Positions 1 through 12,865 of a stretch of 64,000 bases of DNA are shown here, piece after piece; position 1 is the first letter of the stretch, and each line of letters starts with the position of its first letter. The DNA is from Marsupella aquatica. Taxonomy: Eukaryota > Plantae > Marchantiophyta. The translations under genes and the position numbers were made by a program. Location of the stretch: assembly GCA_973895155.1 (NCBI GenBank), contig OZ316894.1, positions 18,514,805 to 18,578,804 of the forward strand. The letters are read 5' to 3'. Below the pieces are notes generated by a model. The model was not told where the DNA came from and searched no databases. It saw only the letters and a program-made list of their open reading frames with translations.

Positions 1-3000
1 GAACAAAAGTTTGTGAGGAGACCTTGGTACTTTCGGGATACTCGAATGATGTCCAAGGAAGCAGCTGACTGGGAGACACCCGTTCTTTGGGTTCAAGTGA
101 AGAAAACATAGAAGATTACACTCTCCTTTGGTCCAGTAATTTGGGTTGCCGCATGTGACTTTAAGAAGGGTCATGGGAAGGAAAAATCTGTCGCTATTGG
201 ATTGAGCTTCCTCACAATGTGTGGAAGCAAGGGTTTTGTGGCCCTTGTCGTGGACATGGATTTGTATGATCTCTCAACATTAGACAAATTTCCCAAAGAC
301 CCTATTGTGAAGGAAGTCGCGAGTACAATTGAGATGGAGATCTTCAAGCCTGAGTGGGTTGCTAATGTTGTGGATGATTCGAGTCCTTTGATGTTGCCGT
401 TTGTCCAAAAAGAGTATAAGAGACTCGTGGGTGAAGAGTTTAAACCCACACGAAGGATCAAAGTAAGGAAGCCAACCATTAGCGGGAGTGGCGCATCTTC
501 AGTTGCAAAAGGAGTTGATTGTGCTAGTGGGAGCGGGGGACATGGGAAAGGGAATTCCCAAGTAGAAGCTACCATGAGAGTGATTCTAGGTGAAGCACCT
601 CAATCTGTAGAGGCAAGCCCAAGCGCTACTGCAAGTGTTGGTCGTGGTCGAGGTCGTGGAAGGGGAGTTGTGGATGAATTGGTACCTGTCAAGGCAGAGG
701 TTCCATCGCCATCAACTTCACTTGCAAAGAAGAAGAGGACTGGTTGGATTGGAGGCACAGGAGTAGCTCTAGCTGCAGATTCAAGTGGTGCAATAAGCAC
801 TCCAGCTGTGTCAATGCATCAATCCAAAGAACGATTACCCCTTACCTCAGGTCCAACCTCAGCTGTCGTTAGCATTCCCCTGGTAAGTTTATTTGTCTAG
901 AAAAAATGAATGTTGGGAGCGATACTTGTATCACGCATTGCATTGAAATAATGAAAATGGTTTGCATTTTGAATTCTTCTTAAAATTCATTGCAAGCCAT
1001 GTTATTTTTCAGGGAGATGAGGAAGAAGAGACGTCGTTGGCTTCATTTGAGACAGATGCCATCAAGGCTGAACTTGCAAAGCTCATGCTTGAACGTAGAG
1101 TCCAGAGGACCAGTGTGCTTCTGCATGTCAATAATCTCATTTTTGAAGATGAGGGTGAGAATTCAACTTTAGTTAGACCTGTAGATCGGCTACATGTAGA
1201 GAACATCAAAATGTTGCTCATGAAAAACCCTTCCAACTTCATGGCTCCATTTGTTGTTGTAGTTGATCCAACAGATTGTCCCACAATTCATGAGTGGGAC
1301 ATTACTAAATCTAGGGTATGGAAGTATCGAGTGATTGGCGGTAATCATGGAGCTCGTGCAAAGGCTGAACTTTTCAAAATGTATGGAAAGCAAGTGTACG
1401 GTGAGATTGAGGCATGGGTTTACTCTGGTCTAACGAGACATGAGATCAGGATGTTGGCTTTCCAGCATAACTACGACCAGGAGTACCGTAAAACCATGAC
1501 ATCGATTGACAAAGTTCGTGCCTGTCACAATATTTTCATGGAAATGAATGTGGGGTCAACTAAAGAGGTGCGAGAAGCTTGTTGTAAGGAATGTATGCTT
1601 GATTACACTCCAGGTGTTCGTGACTCAATGGCCAAACATGACCCTACATTTCAGATTGCCTTTCGATCTGGGGAGATTTGGGAGCTCCAAGATAAAATTT
1701 TCTCTATGTGGCAAAAGTTTGAGATCCTTGGTCAAACAAAGCCAATCGTGGCCAAGTAGCTGTCAGCAACATCAAAAGGTAAATCAAAAGCTAAACCTAA
1801 ACCGCTGAGTGCAAGTGAAATCAAAATGAACAAGCTCTCTGGGCATTTCAATTTGAGGGTCTTCAGAGCTCTCCAGGGGCTTTCCAATCAGGAGCATGTG
1901 AAGCGACTCCTAAACAGAGTAATTGGAAAGAAAATCACTCTAGAACAAATGTTCAAAGAAGGTGAGACACTTAAGAAGTTGGCAAAGGTAAAGAAATTGT
2001 TCCTGCAGATTTCTGGTCAAAAAGATTGGGCAACATGCCGGGAAATGTTTCCCCAGGAAACTGATGTGAAAGTCCTTTCAACTTGGTGCGAAAAGCTCAC
2101 AGAAGCAGTAAGCACAATGTCCTTATGGCCTTTTGTTTTCAGTTATATATATTCAAAGCAAACATTTGAGATATTGAATGCAGGTAGTGTTACTTGTATC
2201 ACTGGTGGCATTCAAAATTTGTGTTTGGAAATCTTACAAAGAGTTTTGTTTAATGTGCAGTTCAAAATCAGTTCAAAGAGGAAGAAAAAAGTCATTTCTG
2301 GAAATGAATTTGATGAGGGCGTGGAGGTCGAGATTCCTTCATGCGACATCCCCTACGTCTTCAAGAACTATGTTCTTGAAGCAATTGAAAAACACAATCG
2401 GAGACTGAATATCTCATCAATTGCTACTGCTTCATCTCAACATCAATGGAAGAATGCAAATGGAGACGCATTCTCATATTCTCTTCATGTTGGAGATATT
2501 CGGAAACTAGAAACCTTTCTAGAGCCAAAACATTTCACTTTGGCAATTGCAGACATCCCGTACGGTTTCAATGCCCCTGGTTCTCAGTTTGACGAGGAAC
2601 CTTTCACTGAACAGGATGTAAATGAGATGGTTACTAATTTTGCTAAAATCACCACCTCTCCATTGTGGAGGTTTGTTATGATCCATTCCTTGCAGCAGAC
2701 AAATAGCGTTATGAGCGCACTTGAGAAGGTTTGCAATTGCGGAGTTGAGGCCGGTATATGGGAGAAGACAAACATCCATGAGCACCCTTCTGGGCCAAGG
2801 CTAGCTTGGGCTTTTGAGAACTGGTCAATTGGTTATTACAGTGAGGATGGAGTCCGAAAGAAGGAGATGTACAATTTTGCTCCTGATGAGTCCAGGGTGA
2901 ACATTGTGAAAGTTCCCTGTGTTACTACAAAGTGTGTGAGTCTATTAGGGTTTATTGTAAACCCTTATCAAAAACCAATTGCATTGGGTGATTGGTTTGT

Positions 3001-3376
3001 TAATCATTTCAGTGAGAAAGGGGACTGGGTGGCAGACCTTTGTTGTGGAACTGGGTCAACATTGGTGGCTGCACTTCTCAACTCTCGGAATGGGTGTGCT
3101 GTTGACAAAGGTGAGACTCAGGTAGAATTTTTGAGGAGTCGGATTATGACATTGGAATCTGTTTGGACTCTATACGATGAAGCACAAGTGTCCGGTGAAG
3201 GTGGCCAGGGACAAGAAGTTCAGCCTCCGGTTGGTGGGCAGTTGGGAGTCATTGGTACTAGCATTTATGTGGATACTGATGACCAGGAGGAGCCTGAAGA
3301 AAATGAGCCAAACATTGAAGAAAAGCTACCTAGAACACCGGACGACGGGGAACTCAATGATATGTTGTTAGATTAG
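1..3376 (+). pseudogene. ParB/Srx-like domain + beta-class N6-adenine/N4-cytosine DNA methyltransferase (multi-exon, 5' end outside window)
   Basis: One frame after removing GT-AG introns 883-1012 and 2108-2260; in-frame TAGs at 109-111 and 1757-1759. ParB-like VRPVDRLHVENIK...YRVIGGNHGARAK. MTase motif IV LHVGDIRKL...LAIADIPYG precedes NPYQKPIAL...SEKGDWVADLCCGTGSTLVAA..R...VD (motif I), the beta-class order. Confidence 0.85.
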
Positions 3377-6300
3377 ATGTGTGCAATAACACTATTGAGG
3401 ATTTATCAAGGCTTTCTATTAATGATTGAGAACCTTGATAAACATATCTCTATTTGAGGTTTGAAATGCAATTGGCGATACATGTATCGGATGTAGCATT
3501 CCCAACAACATTCCTACCTATCTGCACTTTTCCTACTCTAACTAGTCACAGTCATCTGCATCAATGATTTCCGTGTCGAGCATTGCTGCTTGGATGATTC
3601 GCTTTGTTTGTACTGGAAGCGTGTTGTTTGAGAGTAGTGCAAAATTATATGCATAAATTGCAGTTTCTGAGAGGCACAATGTGTCCTCAAGTAACTTGTT
3701 AGAGGATGCAGCTTTTTTAGGGTAATATTGACCTTCCATAGCAGACCCTTCTCGAGAATCCATTGTATACCATACAATTTTGATGTTCTCTGGAACATCT
3801 TGTACTTTGGATAGAATATCTATGACTTTTGCCATCCAAAATGGTCTGCTGTTTGGATCCCTATATGCAGCCACGCAAATCATTGCATATTTAGTGTTCA
3901 CTTCAAGATCTTTGAAGTCTCCCTCGACTGCTTTCTTCTTCCTTGTTCCAGAGTACATGACTGTTGTTGCACCTGCAATTTTATCTAGCAAGGTTGGCTC
4001 TATTTGTGGGGGAAGTGCATTTCTTGGAGTCTCTACTCCAATATTTGATTTTGGCCACGTCCAATCAAAAACCCATTGTCCTTCCTTCAAGTGGTGTTTA
4101 ATCACTTCTTTCTGGTTGTCAAAGAAACGGAGCCACCAAAGTTTATCCTCATCATCAAAATAATTGAATCCATCTTCAATTGATTTGCGATATTTCTCCA
4201 GGACTGCAACATGGTTGCAGAGAAGACGCTCGTCTCCATTGCCTCCGTCATCATGTTCATCATTCTCCATTGTTGCTCCGGTTGTAGATTTCAATGCCAT
4301 TTGTGCAGCAACCCACATGGTAGATGTGGGGATGTATCTAAGGAACTCCACTGCTTCTCCCCAACTTTGAGTGCTAGAAAGATGCTTTGCGTGAAACAAA
4401 GTCGAAGTTCCTCCATTCTCTCCTACAACCCTCTTCATCCTAAATTGCTTTTGACCACTAATACCATGTAGAGGACACAAAACATGCCCAATACCTCCCA
4501 TGTCATTGGGTTGGTCTTTATCCGACACAAACTTCTTGAAATCAGCAACCTCTTCAACAAAAATTATCTCAGCCTTTGGATTGTACGAATCCTTGAGAAT
4601 GTCTGCAAGACTATCCACCCGAAAAGCTTTTCGCTTATTTAATTTTGAGGAGAACTTGCTGAACATTTGGTCAATCTGATCATGGGTATGTCCAACCAAA
4701 AGAAAACCAACTTTGATCTTTTGGAAAACCCTCATCTCAACAAGCATATTCAAATATGCCATGAGAAATTTATTTTTATTTTCTCGAGGGGTATTATCAA
4801 GTTGTAGATACAACACTGGAGGGAGTGGACCTTCCCAACTATTTAAAATATGTTGGATCACATGCACTGTCAAGTTGGTGTCGTTGTGAATGTTTGGATA
4901 ATTCAAAAACACTTTTGATGTCAAATGTCCATTGAACACCAAACAACCCACCACATGTACCGGAATAAAGTACTTCTCGTCCATGTTTTTGGGGCACCTA
5001 GTGAAATGTGGCAACTCAGTCTTTTTTTGATCCATACCATCAATGCAGATCCCCAAATATTTTTCTGGACTCTTATAGCACTTGCTTCGGTGCTTTGCTA
5101 ATTTCTCGCTCTCAACTCCTTGTGCTTTCCGATGTTGGTTCAAAAGTGTTGAATATTTTCCTGTCAAATGAACGTCAATGTTTTTGTCAATAATAACCGC
5201 ATCACCAAACCAAACAAGTAAATAATGTAGTACTTAACATCAATCCTTTACTTATTTAAAGGTAGACACAACTTACATTTTTCTGCTTCAAATACTGCTT
5301 TGTCGCGAAGTGCTTTGAACTCTGTGCAAGGACCGCATGTGGAGAAGCGACTCTTTTTTGGAATATGCACCCTGGGGAACTCTTTGTTCCAGATGCGAAC
5401 AAACCAAGAATATGTGATCTCGGTTTCCTTCCACACCATAGTATCAGTCTTGAAAGCATCAAATACTTCAGCTTTCGTCCAATTGTCTGGTAAGTGGAAG
5501 ATGTCCTTGTTTGGAAGACTTTCAACATTTGACATGAAAAACTCATTCAACCATTGAACTAGTGAAAGATGAGTAACCGATTTTTCCTTGCAAAATGTGT
5601 CATTTTGAATACGAGAAAACGTATTCCTTGAGATTCTCTGCAGCCGATTATTTCCAACGGAAAATAATTTCTTGAAACCTTCTCGACAAAAAGATCTCCC
5701 GTCAACAATGTAACCGGTTGGACCACCGTGCCCACTTTTCAAACAGCCCCTTAGAAGTATGTTCTTCTCGGTCGATGATAAGCCATAATAGAAAGTCCGG
5801 TGTTTTGTCACTAAATCTAGACCAAAATATCTCAAACACAAATTATCACAACATGGGTACTTAAAAACTTCTTTCATTTTTTTTGTCTTTAAATTTTGAT
5901 TTGTAACATTATCTTTCCTCACAAGCTTGTCTCTCACTTTCTTGCTAAGCTCCTTTTGTTTCTCCATACTGTGAAATCCATGGAGTGAATGTTCACTCTC
6001 TTGTCTCTCTGCAACTTCCAGAATAGAGCCATTAGTATCTTTTGAGCTACTATCATCTGAAGATAGAGTGGGATTTCTCGGATCACTAAAGAGATGACTA
6101 TAGCTACTCTCGCCCTCATTTGTTTCCAAACATTCTGATACAACTTGTGCAATGGCTTGCGACTGTCTATTTTCCTCAACATCTTCCTCCTCACTTGACT
6201 CATCAGAAAACACTATTGGACTTCTTGGTTCTCTGTACATAATTCGGACTCCGCTAAAACTAGTGAGGCCTCGTCTAGCAACTTGAAGACGTCTAATTGG

Positions 6301-7769
6301 CTGTCTAGAAACACTCCTAGTTGCAGAAGTGGGTCTGGTGGTCATCAATGGTGTGTCTTGATTGTTCCCCAAACTTGTATTGTGTACACGAGCGGCTGCC
6401 ATTGGTCCATTGATTGGAGAAGCATCGAATAATCGTTGTACACATCTTCCCACTGCAATTTGAGATTGCGCAGATTCTGGACTTTGTAGTCCGTTGTCTT
6501 TGCTGTTGCTGGGAACCAGTTCTCTTTGACGCAATGCAGACGGCAATCCACGTACCGTTGTGTGTATTGTACCTTGCATTCTCACGTCTGTCCCAAGAAA
6601 TATCCTTCGCTGCACCTGTGGCAAAACTGATTCCCTCAAAGGCAATGCAAATGGCGATACACATATCGCTGTTTGCATTCGACCTTCTCATCTCTCCTTT
6701 GGCACCTGTTGGAAACTTGAAGCATCAATTGGAGATCCCAATCTCGTTGTCGATACGCGTATCGTCTTCTTGATTCCTTCACCATACCCAGGGATAGACG
6801 GTCTAAATCGACGTCTAGAACCTAAACCTTGGATAGAAAGCTTTTGCATCCGAGGGGAGGGAATGTTTAGGAGCCGACGTTTATCAGGTTTACTAGGTGA
6901 CACATAGTAAGCCCCAGGTTCTGGTTCAGAACTTCCATCAGAATCAGAGTCCGATATTTCGGGTACACTCTATTGAGAAACTGGGAGTAATTTGCGAATA
7001 TGATTTGGCAAACATCGACGACCATGAGGACCACCATTGGGGGAGGACTCAACTGAACTGGAGGGCGACCACTCTTTAGACATGGCTAACGTATAACTAA
7101 CTCTATACTGGTGGGCATTCCTGTCACAAAATGCTCTTATGCTCAAAAAACTCAAATAGACGCATAACTTTGTGAAACAAAATGGTGCAAAAAACTTAGT
7201 CGGCGTTGATGTATTTATAGTTTTTGGTGACCCTGAGCCACGTGGCTACTTCTGACTGGTCAGCCGCTACACGACAAAATAGATTGGGTGATTAAAAAAG
7301 GTTCAAATTAGTGTTTTAACGACAAAATTAATGTACATGTTAAGTGTTTCCTTCAGGGTGGATGCAATTTTTATTCTATTTGGGATATTGTATAGTGGAT
7401 TGCTTTAATCAACCATTGAGACAATTTGGTTCTAGATGCGATACAAGTATCGCTTTTTGTATTTTGGGGTGATTTTTTCAAATTGGTCCTGTAAAAGGTG
7501 CACATATTGTGCTTTGGAGTTATGTACCATAGTTTTGCTGATTCACAATCACTTTTCATGATGGTTAGGCGGAATGGTTACCATGATTTTGTCACTTAGT
7601 TTACTTTTTGGTTAAAAGTAGATCAACTGCGTTGAACTGTGTAGTAAATTTTGGGCAACTATGATGTAACTTTTCAAATTGTTGATAGTAAATTTTTTGA
7701 AAGGAGAGGTTGAGCTACTTTTGGAGTATATTCTCAAATGATGAATGTGGTTTGCGATACGAGTATCGC
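919..7769. repeat. Dispersed 16-bp palindrome GCGATAC-NN-GTATCGC (6 copies)
   Basis: Copies at 919-934, 3475-3490, 6654-6669, 6750-6765, 7438-7453 and 7754-7769, each with 0-2 mismatches to consensus. Confidence 0.8.
3542..7083 (-). pseudogene. Sola-like (DUF7869-type) DDD transposase
   Basis: Motifs ICIDGMDQKK, LYLQLDNTPRENKN, VGHTHDQIDQMFS; upstream Cys clusters (CCDNLCL, FCREGF, CGPCTE). ATG at 7083, in-frame stops at 6970 and 6688, intron ~5161-5276. Confidence 0.75.
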
Positions 7770-8092
7770 TAGTTGCTTTCCTTTATATGTTTGGGTTTGG
7801 AAGCAAAACTATTTTCCATGTGTACAAGTTGACGGAAAATAAGGATTTTCCATGTTGGAAACAAAGTTGAACGTTGTCAACAACAAACAGTACATTTCAG
7901 AAGTTTAAATATATATAATGAGGTAGTCTGTGGGCATTGCTCACCCCTTCAATGAAATCCCATCTACGATACAAAAATGTAACTATTGGGATATTGCGGA
8001 ATTTTGGATCGCTATTTGTGTCATTTCAACAAAATTGGCGAGAATGAAAAACACCCTTCTCTATGTGCGGAAATACTTCTCAATTGGTCTGA

Positions 8093-8328
8093 AATCATGT
8101 TATGTGCGCAACTGTGCACCATGTCACCTTCCCAACATTGATGGTACAGTAGATCCAAGCTTGGCACATGTTTGTGCTGGCTTGAAATGTATGTTGTGTG
8201 GATTTGCTCAGGGAGCAGCTACTATGTTGATTTGTGATAAGTGTTCTAGAGGATGGCACATGTCATGTTTGACACCACCATTGCAGGTGATTCTTAGTGG
8301 ATCATGGTTGTGTCCTCACTGTCGGTGA
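8093..8328 (+). pseudogene. PHD-finger C-terminal tail of a Ty3/Gypsy-type pol (5'-truncated)
   Basis: RNCAPCHLPNIDG...CMLC...MLICDKCSRGWHMSCLTPPL...WLCPHC (C4HC3), followed by a purine tract (ctaggggggcgat, ~8491-8503) and a TG-starting LTR-like sequence. Confidence 0.65.
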
Positions 8329-8501
8329 AGCCGACTAGTTATCATTTGTGTTCTCTTGGCAGATATGGATTGCAGGTAGGTGATCGATGGGGCTCACTTG
8401 CACCCGACCTCCTGATCTTCACACCTAAAAAGGTGTATATCAACCTTGTAGAACTCATGGCTAGCTAGAGTTAGGGGACCTTACTCCCAGCTAGGGGGGC
8501 G

Positions 8502-9105
8502 ATTGTGGGTTTTGGACATGTGTGGACATGAGTTCCACTTGTATTCCATTCTCTTGTGTTTGTGATGTGGCAGTGTGACTATGTATGGATGTATGTGACA
8601 AGCGATGTATGTTGTGTAGCGATATGTATGTGCACAACAACTGTCACACCATTCTAGGTAGTGTTAGAGTGTATCGTACTATCTAGATTCGTATGTTTGG
8701 TATGTGTGCTATATGAGCCGATAAGGTTCCGTCAGGTTTGTGTGAGAGGGTACTTCTCACTTGTGAGGCATTGAAAGGTCATCTTTCAATGTTGAGCCTT
8801 GGAGAGAGAGGAGCTTGAGTGTGGCTATGGTGGCTGTGAGCTCCGCTTGTGTAACGTGGATTCCTTGAGTAGTGCAAGGTGAGTTGGCTTGACATACGTG
8901 TGTGATCGGATCGGTATGGGATCGATGGGGTATTATTGACCGGGATCGTTGTGCCGATTGTATTGAGATTATTGTGGGTTTTGGACATGTGTGGACATGA
9001 ATTCCACTTGTATTCCATTCTCTTGTGTTTGTGATGTGGCAATGTGACTATGTCTGGATGTATGTGACAAGCGATGTATGTTGTGTAGCGATATGTATGC
9101 GCACG
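8502..9105 (+). repeat. LTR-like segment with ~130-bp direct repeat
   Basis: attgtgggttttggacatgtgtggacatga...gatatgtatgygcac at ~8502-8634 and ~8971-9104 with few mismatches; first copy follows the PPT-like tract. Confidence 0.7.
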
Positions 9106-9140
9106 ACTTAAGGAGGCTGGAACACAAGACGGGAGTTTGA

Positions 9141-10184
9141 ATGTATGTGGGAGCCTCAAGCCCCGAATTGGAGGCAGAGCAGCCTAAGGCTCCTTCCCGC
9201 GGAAAGCAGAGGGAGAGGACAGCCTGGAAACCAGAGGAGGAACAAGAGCCCGTGATCTGTGAGGCCATTTTCACGGCAGGACCAGGGGAACAGAGGGGGA
9301 AGTCGGGAGTCCAAGTAGTGGAGGAGGCGGTGGAGGACTACAACAATGATAACTCCGGCTATGGGTCGGATCATCATGTTCCAAGAGTAAGGACCTGTGG
9401 CCGGTTTATCCCCATGCTTCCAAGAGTAGTTCAAGGGGACCCCACCCAGCAGAATAGCCCCGAGTCTCCCCCACCAGAGGTTGCTCCCCCGAGCTTTGAC
9501 GGCATAAAGCAGACGACACAAGATTTTCAGGAGCGACTTAAGGAGGAAGAGAAGGTAGCCCTGGCTAGGGAGAAAGATTTACCAGGAGGAGATTGGCCGG
9601 AGGACATCAGGCGGCTTGCCAAAAAAAGAAGCAACCCTCTTGCCACCGTAGAAGAAATCCGCAAGGCGGCTTGGGAACAGAGGCCGAGGTGGTTGATGCC
9701 GATGACTTCTACTTACTCCACCTATGCTAAAGATAGAGCCATGGAGTACGGGGAGATGTGTGGGGAACTTGCACTCAGCATCTTTGGGGAGGACTTGGAG
9801 CAAGGACCCTTTTTCCAGAGGGAGATGTTGGAGAAGCACCGATTAGAAGAAGCGATGGCTTTGGAGAGAAGCAAGAAGGACGAGGTCATCCGGTGGCTTA
9901 GGGAGATGGAAGCCGAGGTGGAAGACCTGCAGGTGGCCAAGAAAGCCGAAGATGAGCTGCGGATTAAGCGGCATGAGCTAAACATCATGCAAGGACAATT
10001 GGATGCCGCTCAGTCTGGCAATCAGATTATCAAAGATAAACTAACTCGGACCCAAGGAGAGTTGGCCGGCACGATCATGGAGAGGGAAAAGTGGAAGCAG
10101 GAGCTGAGGGACGCTGTGAGCGTTTTAGATGAAACTTGTATAAAATGTATCTTAGAAACTCGAATTCGTTCCCGTCGGGAATAA
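9141..10184 (+). CDS. Uncharacterised coiled-coil ORF, probably a retrotransposon accessory fragment
   Basis: 347-aa ORF with charged heptad-like C-terminus and abrupt composition change at both ends. No recognised domain. Confidence 0.35.
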   Translation: MYVGASSPELEAEQPKAPSRGKQRERTAWKPEEEQEPVICEAIFTAGPGEQRGKSGVQVVEEAVEDYNNDNSGYGSDHHVPRVRTCGRFIPMLPRVVQGDPTQQNSPESPPPEVAPPSFDGIKQTTQDFQERLKEEEKVALAREKDLPGGDWPEDIRRLAKKRSNPLATVEEIRKAAWEQRPRWLMPMTSTYSTYAKDRAMEYGEMCGELALSIFGEDLEQGPFFQREMLEKHRLEEAMALERSKKDEVIRWLREMEAEVEDLQVAKKAEDELRIKRHELNIMQGQLDAAQSGNQIIKDKLTRTQGELAGTIMEREKWKQELRDAVSVLDETCIKCILETRIRSRRE

Positions 10185-12865
10185 AGGAAATCAACTTATG
10201 ATGGTATTAAGGACTTTGAGATCTTTAGGAGTCTCTTTCCTTACACAAATACTATGTATCATTCAAAATATTTATGATCAATCGTTTTAATATGGAAACT
10301 CTCAAACTATCGCTCCTTCTCAATAGAAGTTTGATTTTCGTTCCATTCCTAAATTCCTTATACTCAACAGAGATCGGCTTTACATTAGGGATTTCACTAC
10401 AATTCTCTAAACTCTAGATTTCAGAACTTTACTCATATTTTTCCATACAAAACCAAAAAAACGTTTTCTTAAAATGTATTCATTCATTCCAAGGTTTGCA
10501 AGAAATGCACGAGGAACTCATGAATAACAGTAGAATTTGGGTGGTGCATTTTCTCATTTTTACGATTCTTCCTCCTAAGCCCAACCTGGCATGAGGAAAA
10601 GACCCATACTGGTCACAAATCGTTTCTAGAGAAAATGACAAGGCAATTTTGCCTGGGAGTTCAATTGTATCACTCCCTCACAAATCAAAGAGATTTGAAA
10701 AGGTTACTTAACTATCTAAAAACTAACTATTGACTCGGGGGCCCCAATCCAAGGGGTGTCCCATATCACGCTCGAAGTTTTGGGAGAATAAACACCCTAA
10801 AAGTTAAGTCAATAAAGTTTTTTTTAGGAATTTTTTTACCCCTAACTTAATGGAATATTCCAATAATATTCCCATATTTGATTTTAAAAAACCCTATGAT
10901 TATTATAATTCTCAAAATTGGATTAAAATAACCCTAATGTTCTTCAACAAAAATTTAAAAGTATTTCACTAAACCCAATAAAAAAACCCTATACTTATTC
11001 GCGCGTGATGGGTAGGAAGAAAAGAAGTGAGGACCCCGGGACTATTGATGGAAGATTTGAAGAGGTGAGTAGTTTGGACTACTTTCCTAAGCTAAGATTC
11101 CTAATGATGGCTAAACTAGTTTAACTAAGCTAAATTCTATCTAATGAGCTCAATTTAGGAAAAGGGAGAGAAAATGGTTTAAGAAAAGTTGAATCAAAAT
11201 CCAACTTAAAACGCCTGAACGATTCTTCATATGAAAAATAGTTTGTTGGTTAAACTGATCTTCTTATGTCCTAAACTCCTTCATCTTCTCTAAGTGACTT
11301 CATTTTGTCACTTAAAATGCTTCAAAAGTTTTGAAAAATGTAGATTTAATACTCCTTAGAATACTTCCTCAAAAAAGGCTTTCCACATAATCCCCTCCTT
11401 AAATGTGAAGCGACCCCGTGAACAATAAGTCTTGGAAAAGTTTCTTCTTTGGAAAGGATGTACCAGGTCATGATCTCCTCCAGCACCATCATCTTCTAGG
11501 GCGACGTCGTCTGTTGTTTTGGATGAAAGAATCGCTTTTTGGTAATTTTGAATGAAGTGATTCTTTGTCTCTTAAAGGCTGAGGGAATCCCTTCTTGAGC
11601 TTCCAGAATTGGAGCAAGTGGGATGAGCGTTTAAGCTTCTTGAGAGAAACCGGTGTCGGGCTCAGGGTTTCTAGATGGGAGCGCTTCAGTGTCTTCCTCT
11701 AGGGAACCAGTGGCTCTGATAAGTTTTTAATAGCTTCCATCTGAATAACCTCTGTACTTGGCTCCTCCTCTTCTTTCGGTTACTCTTCCGAGCTGATGCC
11801 ACAATCGCTCGTTCCAATTTCTCGATGCTGAACCCAAAATTGCCTCCAATCTGCTGAATTCTCTCAAAGACTGTAGGTGCAGGCAGCTTACAAAAATTAA
11901 CAAGATTTAGCTGCAAGTCACCTAAGAGTATCTTACTCTCTGCAAGAACAATTGCTTGTCGTGCCTGTGCCCGCAAATCAAAGTTGATCGACGTGGTTGG
12001 GCTGGCTGGAACAAACTGAACTGGAATGCTGACATCAATCTCAATGTCTGCAGCCAACAGATGGGAAAGGTGTCCATCTAGGGCATTTAAATAAACTTTA
12101 GAAATACTCTTCTCCTCACTCTGCCAACCTTCCAAAGTCAAGGCGACCAACTGAAGATGATCTTCTATAGAAAGCAAAATTTGGTCCGTTTAGGAAGGGC
12201 GGACGTGGAGGTAGGAGGCGTGAGTGGGTAGGACGGGCTTAGATTCTCCAAGTTTAGGATTAGGATCAAGACCAGGAGACGGCCCTGACACTTAGATTAG
12301 TGGGATGGTGGATCCATTGGTAGGAGCAACACTTATGCTCCTGCCTCGCTGTACAGTTAGGTAGATTATAGGTAGAATAGATTAAGCTTACGCAGCAAAG
12401 TTCTGGACAGATCCGCTACCAGGATAAATGCCTGGGAAGCGGGGAGTCCAGGGCCTCTTCTTTAGCAAGTTTTTAGTTGCACCAGTAGGGCTGGGATCAA
12501 GTAGTAAGAGAAGTTCTCGGTTAGTTATACAGTGACCCTTGTGTATATTCATGTTTCCTCATGCCTAAGAACTGAATAGAGTTGGCCTCACCGCTTAGTT
12601 CGTAGAGCTTGCATATGAGATGTACTGTTTGTATGGCAAGTGCATGGTATAACTCAGTCAGAAGGAGTCATTTTGCTATTTGTGTGTCGCATTAACTTGT
12701 GTGAAGAGTGCCCACATCAATGAAGGGAAGTAGCAAGGGAGTGAGAGTTGGATGTGTCGAGCTGAGAGAGGTCTTAGCGGCTTAACCAAGCCAATTGGGG
12801 ATCATTCCGGTGGCAGAATCTAAACATACCTAATGGAAGACCAGGAGAGGAATACAAGGGAAAGC

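Larger units (their letters stand above)
1..8092. mobile_element. Element E1 (partial): DNA transposon with ParB-DNA methyltransferase gene and convergent Sola-like transposase; left end outside window
   Basis: Same gene pair as the TIR-bounded element at 30378-61026. Candidate right end ...aatacttctcaattggtctga (8072-8092) loosely resembles that element's right TIR (aatacacttttaatgaataggctgat) and abuts a truncated retrotransposon PHD frame. Boundary is tentative. Confidence 0.55.

Noticed and set aside
962-3376. Bacterial or phage contamination, or a restriction-modification system
   Set aside because: Frame-preserving GT-AG introns, no restriction endonuclease partner, and contiguity with plant TEs.
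10185-12800. AT-rich region and ORF 11686-12177 as a defined gene or element
   Set aside because: Looks like decayed retrotransposon sequence, but no termini, TSD or domain could be supported.
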